DNA from: Thermoanaerobaculia bacterium
GTDB taxonomy: Bacteria; Acidobacteriota; Thermoanaerobaculia; Multivoradales; Multivoraceae
NCBI GenBank assembly: GCA_965116445.1
Contig: OZ220688.1
Location: forward strand, 2,639,654-2,703,653
Direction: 5' to 3'
Length of the DNA stretch: 64,000 nucleotides
The notes under the pieces were generated by a model, which did not search any database, was not told where the DNA came from, and saw only the letters and a program-made list of their open reading frames with translations. A program made the position numbers and the translations under genes. This document shows positions 29,929 to 40,213 of this stretch, one piece after another; the stretch's first letter is position 1, and each line of letters starts with the position of its first letter.

Positions 29929-32900
29929 TCACGGAGCGCAGCCAGCCGGGAAGGCCAGGGCATCGGTGACCGCGGGCGCCGGGGCGCCGGGGACGTTCCG
30001 GTAGACGACCCTGGCGTCCGTTGCCGTGTCCGTCACGCGAATCTCGTAACCCAGGTCGGTCGTCGATGCGGCGTACACCCAGACGTGGTCGTTCACGTCG
30101 CAGCCGTCCAGCACCTTGACCAGGACCTCCCAGTTCGAGGAATCGAAGAAACGGAACAGGCCGGAGTCGTCCGTGCCGACGCGAACGACCGTGCCGACGC
30201 CGGTGGCGCCATCCGGGGTCTGGTACGTCACGTCCACCGCATAGCGGGACCGCCGCAGACAGCGCGTCGACGAACTGGCCTCGCAGGTCCCCAGAGGCGC
30301 CGACGTCTCGATCAGGAACGTCCGCGACGCGACGGACTCGCGGCTGCCGTCGCTCACCACGAGGGTCACTTCGAAGAACCCCGGCAACGGCCACTCGATC
30401 AACGGACTCGGACTGCGGGAGGTCCGGCCGTCGCCGAAGTGCCATATGCGCTGCCGAACTCCGCCGGTACTCGTGTCGCTCAAGCGAACCCGCTCGCCGG
30501 TGCGCAGCCGGCATCCTTCCTCCGGGCAGTCCGGATCGACCGTCAGCGCGGCCCGCGGCGGACCGCCAGGTGATGGCGGAGGGGCCGGAGGCGGAGCGGG
30601 CGGAGGCGGAGCGGGCGGGGGCGGAGGAGGCGCGGGCGGAGGAGGCGGGGGCGGAGGAGGCGCGGGCGGAGGAGGCGCGGCGCCACCGCCGGGTCCCGGC
30701 GGCGGGGACGGACCGGGCGGACCAGGCGGCGGGGGCGGACCAGGCGGCCCCGGAGGCGGACCAGGCGGCGGGGCCGGGCCCGGCGGCGGGCCAGTGCCAG
30801 TGTCGGGGTCGCTGATCGTCAGCTCCACTCGCCGGGGCGTACCCGGCGCCACGTCGGACGACAACCCCCCAAGAGCCACGACGAGGGTCTCGTCGTCCGC
30901 GTCCGCGTCGTCCACTGTCCGCAGCGCCACCGACGCGGAGAGCTCGCCCGCGGGAATCGTCACCGCCTCCGGCGCCACGTAGTCACCGGACTCCGCCGTT
31001 CCAGCCGTCACCGCAAGCGGCACGCGCAGGGCCGTGGCCAGGGACCGCGACAGGGTCGCCGTGACCACCGCGAAAGAACCCTCGCGCACCGGGTTCGGCG
31101 TCACGGCAAGCCGCACGGTCGGCTTGGCCGGCGCGGGCGTCGTGTCCGTGATCTCAAGCTCCACGCTGTGTTTCGCGCCCCGCTCCACTTCGCCCGGCAG
31201 CAGGCCCAACGCCACGGTCACCGTCTCGTCGTCACGATCCGCATCGCCCCTGGTCACCAGCGACGTATTGCCCGACAGGGTGTTCGCGGAGATCGTGATG
31301 CTCGAAGGCGGGTCGAAGTCTCCCGGCTCAGCCGACCCGGGGGTCACGATCAGGGGAAGATCGACCGACGAACCCAGGACCTTGCTCAGCGTGGCCGTCA
31401 ACGTGGCGCTCTGACCCTCCCTGACCGACGCCGACGAGATCGCCAGACTCACGGTGGGTTTCGTGACCGGCGCCGGCGTCGTGTCGTCGATCACGACAGC
31501 GACGGTCGAAACGCTCCCCGCAACCACGCCCGACGGCAGGTTCGAAGGCAACGACAGGGACAGCGACTCGTCGTCGCGGTCCGCGTCGTCCACCGTCGTG
31601 AGGGAACCGGCGCCCGAGGTCTGGCCGGCGGCGATCGTGATGCTCCCGGGCGACGCGAAGTCGCCCGGCTCGGCCGCGTTCGCGCCGCTCGTCGCGGCGT
31701 CGAGCGCGAAGGTCAGCGAAGAACTCCAGGTCTTCGTGAGTTCCACGGTCACCGTCGCGCTCGAGCCCTCCGTCACCGGATTCGGGGACACCTTGAGCGT
31801 CGCCTCCGGCGTGATGTCGGCGATCGTCACCGTCACGCTCTTCACCGAGCCCGCGACCACGGCGGCCGGCAGATTCTGCTCGTCCAGAGCCAGCGTGAAC
31901 GTCTCGTCACCCACATCCGTGTTCGACACGGCCGAGAGGGACGCCGTTCCCGTGGTCTGGCCCGCCGGCACCTGGACGCTTCCCGGCGCCGTGTAGTCGC
32001 TCGCCCTTGACGCCGTGCCGTCCGTCGCCGCCAACCGAACCTGAAGCGCGGCGCTCCACGGCCTCGACAACTCCACCGTGACCACGGCGTCCGAACCCTC
32101 GGTCATGGGATTCGGAGACACCTTGAGCGTCACCCGCGGCGTGCCGTCCTCGATCGTCACCGTCACGCTGGACGGACTCCCCGCCCTCACGCTGGAGGGC
32201 AGACTCCCCGTGTTCAAGGACACCGTGACCGTCTCGCTGGCCACGACATCCGCGTCCGCTTCCGTCGTCAGAAGAACCGTGGCCGACCGCGAGTTCGCGG
32301 GGATCGTGATGCTCGAGGGCATCGTGTAGTCGCTGGCCCCTGCCGTTCCGCCCAGGGTCAGCGGGATCGTCACGGCCGTGCCCAAGACCGCGGACAGGGT
32401 CGCCGTGACCCCCCGTGGCCAGGCCCTCCGTCACCGTGGACTTACCCACGGAAAGACGGACCGCGGGCTTGCCCTCCGCCCTCTGGGACGTCTCGGCCGA
32501 CGCGCTGCGGTTCTGGCCCAACGTATCGTCGTAGGTTGCCGTGGCCCGGAGGTAGTGACTCGCGTCCGCCGCGGCGATCTGACGGCTCGCGCTCGTCGCG
32601 CCGGTGATGTTGGTCCAGGAACTGCCGTTCGACGATCGCGCCCACTGCCAGGAAACGCCGGTCACGCCGCCGTCGGGATCGGTCAGCGACGCGGACACGG
32701 TCCGGCCCTCCTTCAGGACCCCGGACAGCGTCACGACGCCCGGCTCCTCGACGTTCGTGATGTTGACCGTCGTCGTCACCTGGGCGTCCAGGGTGTTGTC
32801 CGGCACACCGTCCGTGACGCCCACCTGGAACACGTACCGACTCTTCGTTTCATAGTCGAGCGAATCGTGGACCCGCAACTGGCCAGTCGCCGAGTCGATC

Positions 32901-35191
32901 GAGAACACGCCCCCTTCGCCCCCCGGAACCATGCCGTAACTCAGCGGGTCGTCGTTCGCATCCGTCGCGGCGACCGGCGCGCCGACCGGATCCCGTCTCG
33001 CCGCGTTCTCGGCCACGCTGCGAACGGCCGTGGCCGCGGGAAAGACCGGCGGCGTCTGCGGCAGCGTCGTCTTCACGACCTGAGCCCCCGCGTCGCCGAC
33101 GGCCGCGTGGCTCAGGACCGCGTTTCGGTTCGAGCCGTCGCGGATCGCCGCGCCGGACGGCGCCGAGAGGGCATTCGCCGAGACGGACACGCCATTCGCG
33201 TCGTTGTCTCCGTCCACCACCTGGTAGGTGCAGAAGAGCGCCTCGCCCACGTTGCTCTCGCACGCCGCCTCACGAGCCAAGGAACCCACCGTCAGCGCCA
33301 GCACGGGCGTACCCGTGACGACGACGGCCGCGTCGAAGACGACCGCCATCTCGACCTGGTTGCCGACGCCGTAGGCGTCGCCGGACGGCGTGGAGCGGAA
33401 GAGGATCCGGTCCACCGCCGGAGCGCCGGCCGCCGTGTCGTCGTCCGCGAGGCTCACCGTCGCGGTCGTCGCGTCCCCGGCGCGGACACCCGCGGGCAGC
33501 TCGCCGAAGCCGATGGCGATCGTCTCGCTGTCGTCGTCCGCCGCATCGTCGCTGGCGGTCACGGTGACCGTCTTCGACGTTTCGGTCGCGGTGAACGACA
33601 CACTGGTCGGCACGTCGTAGTCCTCCGACCAGGCGCTGGTGCTGGAGACGGTCAGGGGAATCGTCAGCGCCCGACCCGGCGCCACGTCCAGACTGACCGC
33701 GAGCGACGCCGCCGAGCCGCCTTCCGTCGCCGTCGCCGAGGTCGCGTCGAAGGTCGCCTTGACGGACCTGCCCGCGCGGTACTCGGCTACCGTGTCCCTG
33801 GTCATGTTGGCGACGCGCACCGCGTTCGACGGTCCATCCACGGCAATCGAGTTCTGGTTCGCCGACGTCAACGCCACGCCCATCGGATCCTCGCGCCAGG
33901 TCACCGTCGGGTCCGAGAAGCGTCCGTTGTGATGACAGTGGTCGAAGCCGGCCTCGCGACACTGGTCCCAGTACGCCATCAGGGTGCGCCACTTCTGCTT
34001 CTCCTCGGGAGTCGGGAACGCCGCCTGGTTCACGTAGCCGTACGCGTCGGCGGCGATCGCATTGCCGCAGTCGGTCGAGTTGCAGCGGACGTAGCGATCG
34101 TGGCGCAGGCCGAGAAGGTGACCCACTTCATGCGCCAGGATGAAATCGTGACCTCCACCGCTGACCATCAGCGCCCGGTGCTCGTTCTGCGTCGTCTCGA
34201 CCAGCATGACCCGGGCGTGGCCGCCGTTCCATTGCCGGATCAGCACGACGACGTCCGCCCAGACCTCATCGCGCACCGTGTGGACTCCGTCCAGGAAACC
34301 GTCCGTCTTGCTCTCCAGCCGTGTCGCGTCGGAGATGCCCGCCGACTCGTTGTAGTTCACCCCCCTGATCGTCACCGCATTGAGCTGCAGGTCGATGCTG
34401 CTGTTCGAGAACATCGCGTTCGCGCCCGCGATCATCTGCTCGATCTTCGTCGTGACGCCGGCGTCGCCCTGCCACTGAGCCTTCGCCTCGAGGGTGTAGA
34501 AGAACGCGACGTCGAGGACGGACGTTGAAGCCGAGGACGACGGCAGGTCCACCCGGCCGACTCCCGCACCGAACGGTCGTTCCAGGTCGAGCGGTGGATT
34601 CCCGGCCGGCGCCGAACCCCGGAACTCGAGCCCCGGCGCGAACGCGTCGTGATCCTCGGCCGTGCACTCGAACGGCTCGACCGAGACTTCGCTCACCCGG
34701 GCGCTCCCCCCGCCTTGCGAACGGATCTCGTACGTCCTGGTCGGCTCGCCGACGCGGAGCGTGCCCGAGAGGACGTCTCCGTTGACCGCCACGGTCATGC
34801 TCCCGAACCGTTCTCCGAGGGGGCGACCGGTCAGGGCGTAGCCCCCGGAGAAGGTGCGAGACGCGTTCTCCACGACGACCGTCACCGCCCGATCATCGAA
34901 CAGGTTGAACAGCAGGAGAGGCCCCGAGGAGGCAGTCGCCGCGGAGCTCGCAGACGCCGGACCGGACGGCGGACGCCGGGCCACATCGTCCCTGGCGCGC
35001 TCGAGCTGGCGGAAATCGACCGCCACGACCCGGCTGCGAAGCACATCGCCGCGCAACTCCGGAACCGGCGCGATTCCGGGGGACGGCGTACCGAACAAAC
35101 CGGGCGCCTGGGCCGTCAGCCCGGAGGGCGCCAGGGCGCCCAGGACCGCAAGCAGCCCGAAGGCGGTCCGCACGATGGCCGGCGCCGGCAA
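29929..35191 (-). CDS. giant secreted multidomain protein (signal peptide, metzincin Zn-metalloprotease domain, Calx-beta-like repeats, cadherin repeat, ~80-aa poly-Pro linker, PKD domain, conserved Cys-containing C-terminal beta-domain); interrupted by a +1 frameshift at 32409-32414
   Basis: ORFs 31907..35191 and 29929..32385 are in different frames but belong to one repeat series. Signal peptide MPAPAIVRTAFGLLAVLGALAPSGLTAQAP; HEVGHLLGLRH (HExxHxxGxxH); cadherin-like DANDDPLSYGMV...YETKSRYVFQVGVTDG; ~95-aa repeats (V.L.V.PNP.TEGS.A.VTV.L...DYT.PGS.T.PAGQT.G). Deleting one C from the CCCCCC run restores ...KSTVTEGLATGVTATLSAVLGTAVTIPLTLGG... in phase with the repeat consensus. Confidence 0.7.
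30556..30800. repeat. Low-complexity GC-rich region encoding a (PPPGPxPPP)n proline linker
   Basis: PPPGPAPPPGPPPGPPGPPPPPGPPGPSPPPGPGGGAAPPPPAPPPPPPPPPAPPPPPPAPPPPAPPPAPPPSPGGPP. Confidence 0.7.
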
Positions 35192-35194
35192 GCG

Positions 35195-36553
35195 TCAGCC
35201 TCCTTCCGGGACCCGCTCCGCGCCGCGCGCCAGAGGCAGAACGACTTCGAAGGTCGCGCCGCCGCTTCCGTTCTCGCGAACCCGGGCCTCGCCGCCGTGG
35301 GCGGCGGCGAAGCGCCGGACGATCGCCAGACCGAGGCCGGTGCCGCCGCGACGCTCGGAGTGGAACAGGTCGAACACCCGGTCGCGGTCCTCGGGGGCGA
35401 CGCCGGGCCCGTTGTCGCCGACCAGGAGCACGACCGAATCGGGCCGGCTCTCCGCTTCGAGACGAAGCCGCGGCCGGTCGCAGTCGCTCATCGCCGCCAC
35501 CGCATTGTCGATCAGGTTCAGCAGCAACTGGTTCATCTGCCCGAGGTCGACGAGCAGCGGCGCACCGCCCGTGCGATCGTCGATCTCGACCGGAATGTCC
35601 GCGGACCGGAGCTTGCCGGCCACGACCTCGGCGCAGTGACCAAGCAGCCTGGCCGCGGTCGTCCGTTCGAGCTTCAGTTCCGCCGGACGGGCGTAACTCA
35701 GAAAGTCGGACACCAGGCGTTCCAGCCGACCGACTTCGGAACGCGTGATCGCCACCAGCCGCTCGGAAGAACGATCGACGGAGGCGGCGTCGGCTGACAG
35801 TTCTTCCTGGAGCATCTGCATGTTCAGGTTCAGCGAGTTCAGGGGGCTGCGGATCTCATGGGCGAGACCCGACGCCAGTGTACCGACGTAGGCCATCTGC
35901 TCCGCCTCCTGCGCCTGCCGCTCGGCGAGAGCCGTCTGGCGCGAAAGCCGGCTGTAGATCACATAGCCGGCGATGAAGAGCGCCACCGTCAACACGGCGA
36001 TGATCGCAGCCTGCTGCAGCAGGTCCCGGCGCAGGACAGCCAACCGCTGCTCGATCTCGGCGCGCGAGATGCCGATGACGAACGTGCCGATGCTCCCCAC
36101 CGGCACCTCCACCCGATCGTAGGGCACCTCACGGGTGAACGTGTCGGCCACCAGATCCGGCGACTCCAGATTCGGCCGGTCTCCGGGGGCGGTCTGTGTC
36201 TCCTCGCGACGATCGAAGAACACGAGGCGGCCGTCCGTCGTGCGGACCTCCACGCTGTGGACAATGTCGCGCTGAACCAGATCCCTGTTGATGTAGCTAC
36301 GCGTCTCGGACTCGGTGGCCATCGCCGTGTAGAGGTCGCGCCCTGTGTTCTCCACCCGGCCGGCGATCCCCTCCGCCAGCTCTTCGGCTTCAGCTCGCGC
36401 TTCCACCACGATCCGGTTCACTTCGCGCTGCGACAGTGACCGGAAGATCAACCAGCCGAACAGACCGAGGTCGGCGAGCACGAAGACGCCGACGATCGCC
36501 GCCCACATCCGGCGTCGCCGTTGCCTCGCGTCGCTGCCGAGCCACTCCAACAT
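35195..36553 (-). CDS. sensor histidine kinase (2 TM segments with periplasmic loop, HisKA, HATPase_c); no cognate response regulator adjacent
   Basis: H-box GLAHEIRSPLNSL, N-box LLNLIDNAV, G-boxes GDNGPGV and GTGLGLAIV. The upstream 330 aa of ORF 35195..37546 are artefactual; ATG at 36551-36553. The stop lies 3 nt before the giant protein's start. Confidence 0.8.
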   Translation of the reverse strand: MLEWLGSDARQRRRRMWAAIVGVFVLADLGLFGWLIFRSLSQREVNRIVVEARAEAEELAEGIAGRVENTGRDLYTAMATESETRSYINRDLVQRDIVHSVEVRTTDGRLVFFDRREETQTAPGDRPNLESPDLVADTFTREVPYDRVEVPVGSIGTFVIGISRAEIEQRLAVLRRDLLQQAAIIAVLTVALFIAGYVIYSRLSRQTALAERQAQEAEQMAYVGTLASGLAHEIRSPLNSLNLNMQMLQEELSADAASVDRSSERLVAITRSEVGRLERLVSDFLSYARPAELKLERTTAARLLGHCAEVVAGKLRSADIPVEIDDRTGGAPLLVDLGQMNQLLLNLIDNAVAAMSDCDRPRLRLEAESRPDSVVLLVGDNGPGVAPEDRDRVFDLFHSERRGGTGLGLAIVRRFAAAHGGEARVRENGSGGATFEVVLPLARGAERVPEGG

Positions 36554-36595
36554 TCCGTTGAACGCTACAAGAGAGTCGGGGTGTACGATGATTCC

Positions 36596-38188
36596 GTGCT
36601 TTCGTTGCGGCGATTGGCTGTTGCCGGGTTGGCGGCCGTAGTCGGCTGGGGTTGCAGCTCCGAGGCCCCGCGCGACACGACGCAGGTCAGGGTCGGCCTG
36701 CGTTTCGACTACCCGACGCCGAACGAGTTGATCGCCCCGCCGACGCTGGCGTACGCCGCGATCAACAACCAGTTGTACCTTTCGCTGATGGAGGAGCAAG
36801 GAGACCTCCGCGACGGCCCGCTGGCCTGGGCCCCTGGTCTGGCCGAGGAATGGCAGTTCTCCGAGGACCGGCTGCAACTGACCCTGCGGCTGCGCCCGGA
36901 CGCGTTGTGGAGCGACGGCCAGCCCGTGACCGCGGAGGATGTCCGCTTCACCTGGCTGGCGCAGACCGATCTCGATGTCGCCTGGAACTACGCCTCCAGC
37001 AAGGAATCGATCACCGAGGTCGAGGTGGTCGACGCCCGAACCGTGCGGTTCCACTTCAGCGCCGCCACCGGAACGCAGTTGGACGACATCGCACCCGACC
37101 GGGTCCTCCCCGGACACGCCTGGGAATCGCGGCCATTCGCCGAATGGCGAAGCGACCCGGGCTGGTTCTTCGAACACCTGGTCACGGGCGGCCCCTTTCG
37201 GCTGGCGAGCCGGACACCCGGCAGCGAACTCGTCCTCGAGCGCAATCCCGACCACTTCGAGGCCGGTCTGCCGCGGCTGGAGCGGGTCGTCCTTCGAACC
37301 ACGGCCGACAGCACGGCACTGACCAACCAGCTTCTGGCGGGCGAACTCGATGTCGTCACCGGGATCGGCGCCAGGGATGCCCTCCGCATCGAGGGGCAAC
37401 CCGGCCTCCGCCTGCTGACCTATCCGAACCGCCAATTCACTTTCGTGTCCTGGAACGCGACGAAGCCATGGTTCCGGGACCCGGCGACGCGACGCGCCCT
37501 GGCGCTGGCGATCGACCGCCAGGCGATCGTGGACACCATCTGGCACGGCTACGCCCAGGTTGGCGGCAGCCCGATCATCTCAAGCGTCTGGGCGCACGAC
37601 CCGGACCTCGAGCCCTGGCCTCATGACACGGCGGCTGCCCGTGCGACGTTGGCCGAAGCCGGCTGGATGGACGCCGACGGCGACGGCATCCTCGAGCGCG
37701 GCGGCGTACCGTTCCGTTTCGAACTCGCGACGTTTACCGGCGCCGACGCGCGCTGGGAAGCGATGCAGATGGTCCAGGCCGATCTCCGCGCCGTCGGCAT
37801 CGACGCCCAACCCCGCCGCGTCGACCCGAACGCATTGATCCCGAGATTGATGGGGCAAGACTTCGACGCCGCGGCGTTCGGTATAGCGATTCCCACCAAC
37901 CTCGACCTGCGCTTTCTCTTTCACAGCGAAGAGGTAGGCAGCTTCAACTACGCCGCCTACGCCAGTCCCGAGGTCGACCGGCTGGTCGACGCCTTCGCCT
38001 CCCGGCCCGACCCGCTGGAGGGCAGGGACGATCTTCGCCGGTTGCAGCGGATCCTGCACGAAGACCAGCCGATCCTTGTGCTCTGGGAATCGATGAGTCT
38101 GGTCGCATTCGACGAGGAACTCGAGTCGGTGGCGCCGAACGCTGTCGGTCCGCTCGTCAACCTCAAGGAATGGGCCTGGCGCGAGTAG
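36596..38188 (+). CDS. ABC transporter substrate-binding protein, family 5 (peptide/nickel/opine type), probable lipoprotein
   Basis: SBP_bac_5-like sequence throughout. Signal peptide / lipobox LSLRRLAVAGLAAVVGWGCSS. Start GTG at 36596 (alternatives at 36581 and 36605). Confidence 0.8.
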   Translation: MLSLRRLAVAGLAAVVGWGCSSEAPRDTTQVRVGLRFDYPTPNELIAPPTLAYAAINNQLYLSLMEEQGDLRDGPLAWAPGLAEEWQFSEDRLQLTLRLRPDALWSDGQPVTAEDVRFTWLAQTDLDVAWNYASSKESITEVEVVDARTVRFHFSAATGTQLDDIAPDRVLPGHAWESRPFAEWRSDPGWFFEHLVTGGPFRLASRTPGSELVLERNPDHFEAGLPRLERVVLRTTADSTALTNQLLAGELDVVTGIGARDALRIEGQPGLRLLTYPNRQFTFVSWNATKPWFRDPATRRALALAIDRQAIVDTIWHGYAQVGGSPIISSVWAHDPDLEPWPHDTAAARATLAEAGWMDADGDGILERGGVPFRFELATFTGADARWEAMQMVQADLRAVGIDAQPRRVDPNALIPRLMGQDFDAAAFGIAIPTNLDLRFLFHSEEVGSFNYAAYASPEVDRLVDAFASRPDPLEGRDDLRRLQRILHEDQPILVLWESMSLVAFDEELESVAPNAVGPLVNLKEWAWRE

Positions 38189-38189
38189 C

Positions 38190-39155
38190 GTGATCCGCTT
38201 CCTGTTGCGCCGGCTGGCGGCCGCCGCCGTCCTCTTCCTGATCGTCCTCACGCTGACATTCGCCGCGGTCACGCTGGCACCGGGCGATCCGCTGGCGCCC
38301 ACCGACCCACGGATACCGCCGGAACAGGCGGAGCGGCTGCGGGCGCTCTACGGGCTCGACCAACCCCTGCCGGTGCAGTACCTGCGTTGGCTCGGGGCGG
38401 TCGCCCTCTCCTGGGACTGGGGACAGTCGTACCAGACGGGACGGCCGGCGGCGGACCTCCTGCTCGAGTCGCTCCCGCCCACCCTGCTGCTCGCCGGCGC
38501 GGCCCTGCTCGCCCAGTACGTTCTTGGCATCGGCCTCGGCCTCCTCGCTGCGCGCCGGCCCAACTCATGGCTCGACCTCGGGGTCCGCGCGGCAAGCCTG
38601 CTCGTCTACGCGCTGCCGACCTTCTGGGTCGGTCTCATGGCGGTGCTCGTTCTTGGAGTCGGCCTGGGGCTGGCGCCCACCGGCGGCATGACGTCCGCCG
38701 CCGCGTTCGAGCTCGGACCCCTGGCGACCGTCCTCGACGTTCTGGCGCACCTGTGGCTTCCGGCGCTGGTCCTGGGCCTGTCCATGGCCGGCGACATCGC
38801 CCGCTACACCCGGACTTCACTGATCGAGTTCCAGTCCACCGAGGCCGGCCGCGCGGCGCGCGCACGCGGCCTGTCCGACACGCGGATCCTGCTCGTTCAC
38901 GGCCTGAGCCACGCGGGTCCCCGGCTGGTGCAGATGGCCGCCGTCTCCGCGCCGCTCCTGCTTTCCGGCGCGATCGTCGCCGAGGCGGTGTTCTCCTGGC
39001 CCGGCATGGGTTCGACCACACTCCAGGCCATCCAGTCCCGCGACGTTCCAGTGGTGCTCGCCGCAACCGCCTACGGCGCCGTTCTCGTCATCGCCGCTTC
39101 TCTCGCCGCGGACCTTCTCCTGGCCCGCCTCGACCCGAGGATCAAGACGGAATGA
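38190..39155 (+). CDS. ABC transporter permease (DppB/OppB-like)
   Basis: Six TM helices and an EAA-like loop (ARGLSDTRILLVHGL); 321 aa. Confidence 0.85.
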   Translation: MIRFLLRRLAAAAVLFLIVLTLTFAAVTLAPGDPLAPTDPRIPPEQAERLRALYGLDQPLPVQYLRWLGAVALSWDWGQSYQTGRPAADLLLESLPPTLLLAGAALLAQYVLGIGLGLLAARRPNSWLDLGVRAASLLVYALPTFWVGLMAVLVLGVGLGLAPTGGMTSAAAFELGPLATVLDVLAHLWLPALVLGLSMAGDIARYTRTSLIEFQSTEAGRAARARGLSDTRILLVHGLSHAGPRLVQMAAVSAPLLLSGAIVAEAVFSWPGMGSTTLQAIQSRDVPVVLAATAYGAVLVIAASLAADLLLARLDPRIKTE

Positions 39156-40213
39156 CGCGCTCTTCCGTTTCTCGCTCACCCGGAATGGCCCGATCAGCCC
39201 GCGCGGGCGCCTGGATCCTCGCCGGTCTGGCCCTGCTCGCCGCCGCCGCGCCCCTGCTGGCCCCATACGATCCGGCGCAACAACTCGACGCCGCCGAGTC
39301 CAGCCGCCGACCGCCGTTGTCATCCCTGCTCGTCGTGCGCACCCTCGCCGGCGAACCGCGGCTGGCCGAAGACGTACACATCGACGGCGACGACCTCGTC
39401 CTCGAGCGGCGTTCGGGAGTGGAGCGCCTTCCGCTCAGCGTGGTGACGAACTTCGGCGAGCGCGGCATCGCCGAGCGGCGGCGCGCGTGGCTGGGAACCG
39501 ACGCCCTCGGCCGCGACCTGCTTTCGCGGCTGCTTCATGGCGCCCGGGTTTCCCTGACGATCGGGCTGCTCGCCGCCGCGCTGGCATTGACCGCCGGGAC
39601 CGTCATCGGCTCGATCGCCGCTACCTGCGGGCGTTTCGTCGACCAGGTGCTGATGCGGACGGTAGACGGACTGCTCTGCTTCCCTCACCTCGCCCTGGTG
39701 CTGCTGCTGGCGGCGCTGTATCAGCCGGGCACCTGGCTCCTGGTCGTGCTGATCGGCGGCACCGGATGGATGGGACTGGCGCGTCTCGTGCGCGCCGAAC
39801 TTCTGCGGCTGAGACAGGAGCCCTTCGCCCTCGCCGCGGCCGCCTCGGGGCGCTCGCCGGCCGGCGTCCTGGTACGCCATCTGTTGCCAAACGCGACCAC
39901 ACCGCTCCTGATCGACGCCAGCCTGCGGGTGGGCGGCAGCATCCTGGTCGAGGCGGCGCTTTCTTTCCTGGGACTGGGCGTGCAGCCGCCCCAGGCCAGT
40001 TGGGGCTCGATGATTGCCGACGGACAGGGTCACCTGACGACGGCCTGGTGGATCGCCACGTTCCCCGGCCTGATGGTCGCCGCGGCGGTGATCGGGTCCA
40101 GCCTGCTGGCGGACGGTCTGAGCGACCGGCTCGCGGGGATCCGCACCACCGCGAACCGTGGAGCGCGCCGTCGCTCTCCCTGGGCGATCCGCACCTGGCT
40201 GGGTCAGACGTGA
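39152..40213 (+). CDS. ABC transporter permease (DppC/OppC-like)
   Basis: MTRSSVSR... with a TM core. ATG at 39152 overlaps the upstream stop (ATGA). The ORF-track start at 38387 is an over-extension. Confidence 0.85.
   Translation: MTRSSVSRSPGMARSARAGAWILAGLALLAAAAPLLAPYDPAQQLDAAESSRRPPLSSLLVVRTLAGEPRLAEDVHIDGDDLVLERRSGVERLPLSVVTNFGERGIAERRRAWLGTDALGRDLLSRLLHGARVSLTIGLLAAALALTAGTVIGSIAATCGRFVDQVLMRTVDGLLCFPHLALVLLLAALYQPGTWLLVVLIGGTGWMGLARLVRAELLRLRQEPFALAAAASGRSPAGVLVRHLLPNATTPLLIDASLRVGGSILVEAALSFLGLGVQPPQASWGSMIADGQGHLTTAWWIATFPGLMVAAAVIGSSLLADGLSDRLAGIRTTANRGARRRSPWAIRTWLGQT

Noticed and set aside
30446-30982. Plus-strand ORF encoding poly-Gly (GGGAGGGAGGGGAGGG...)
   Set aside because: It is the antisense of the poly-Pro linker of the giant surface protein.
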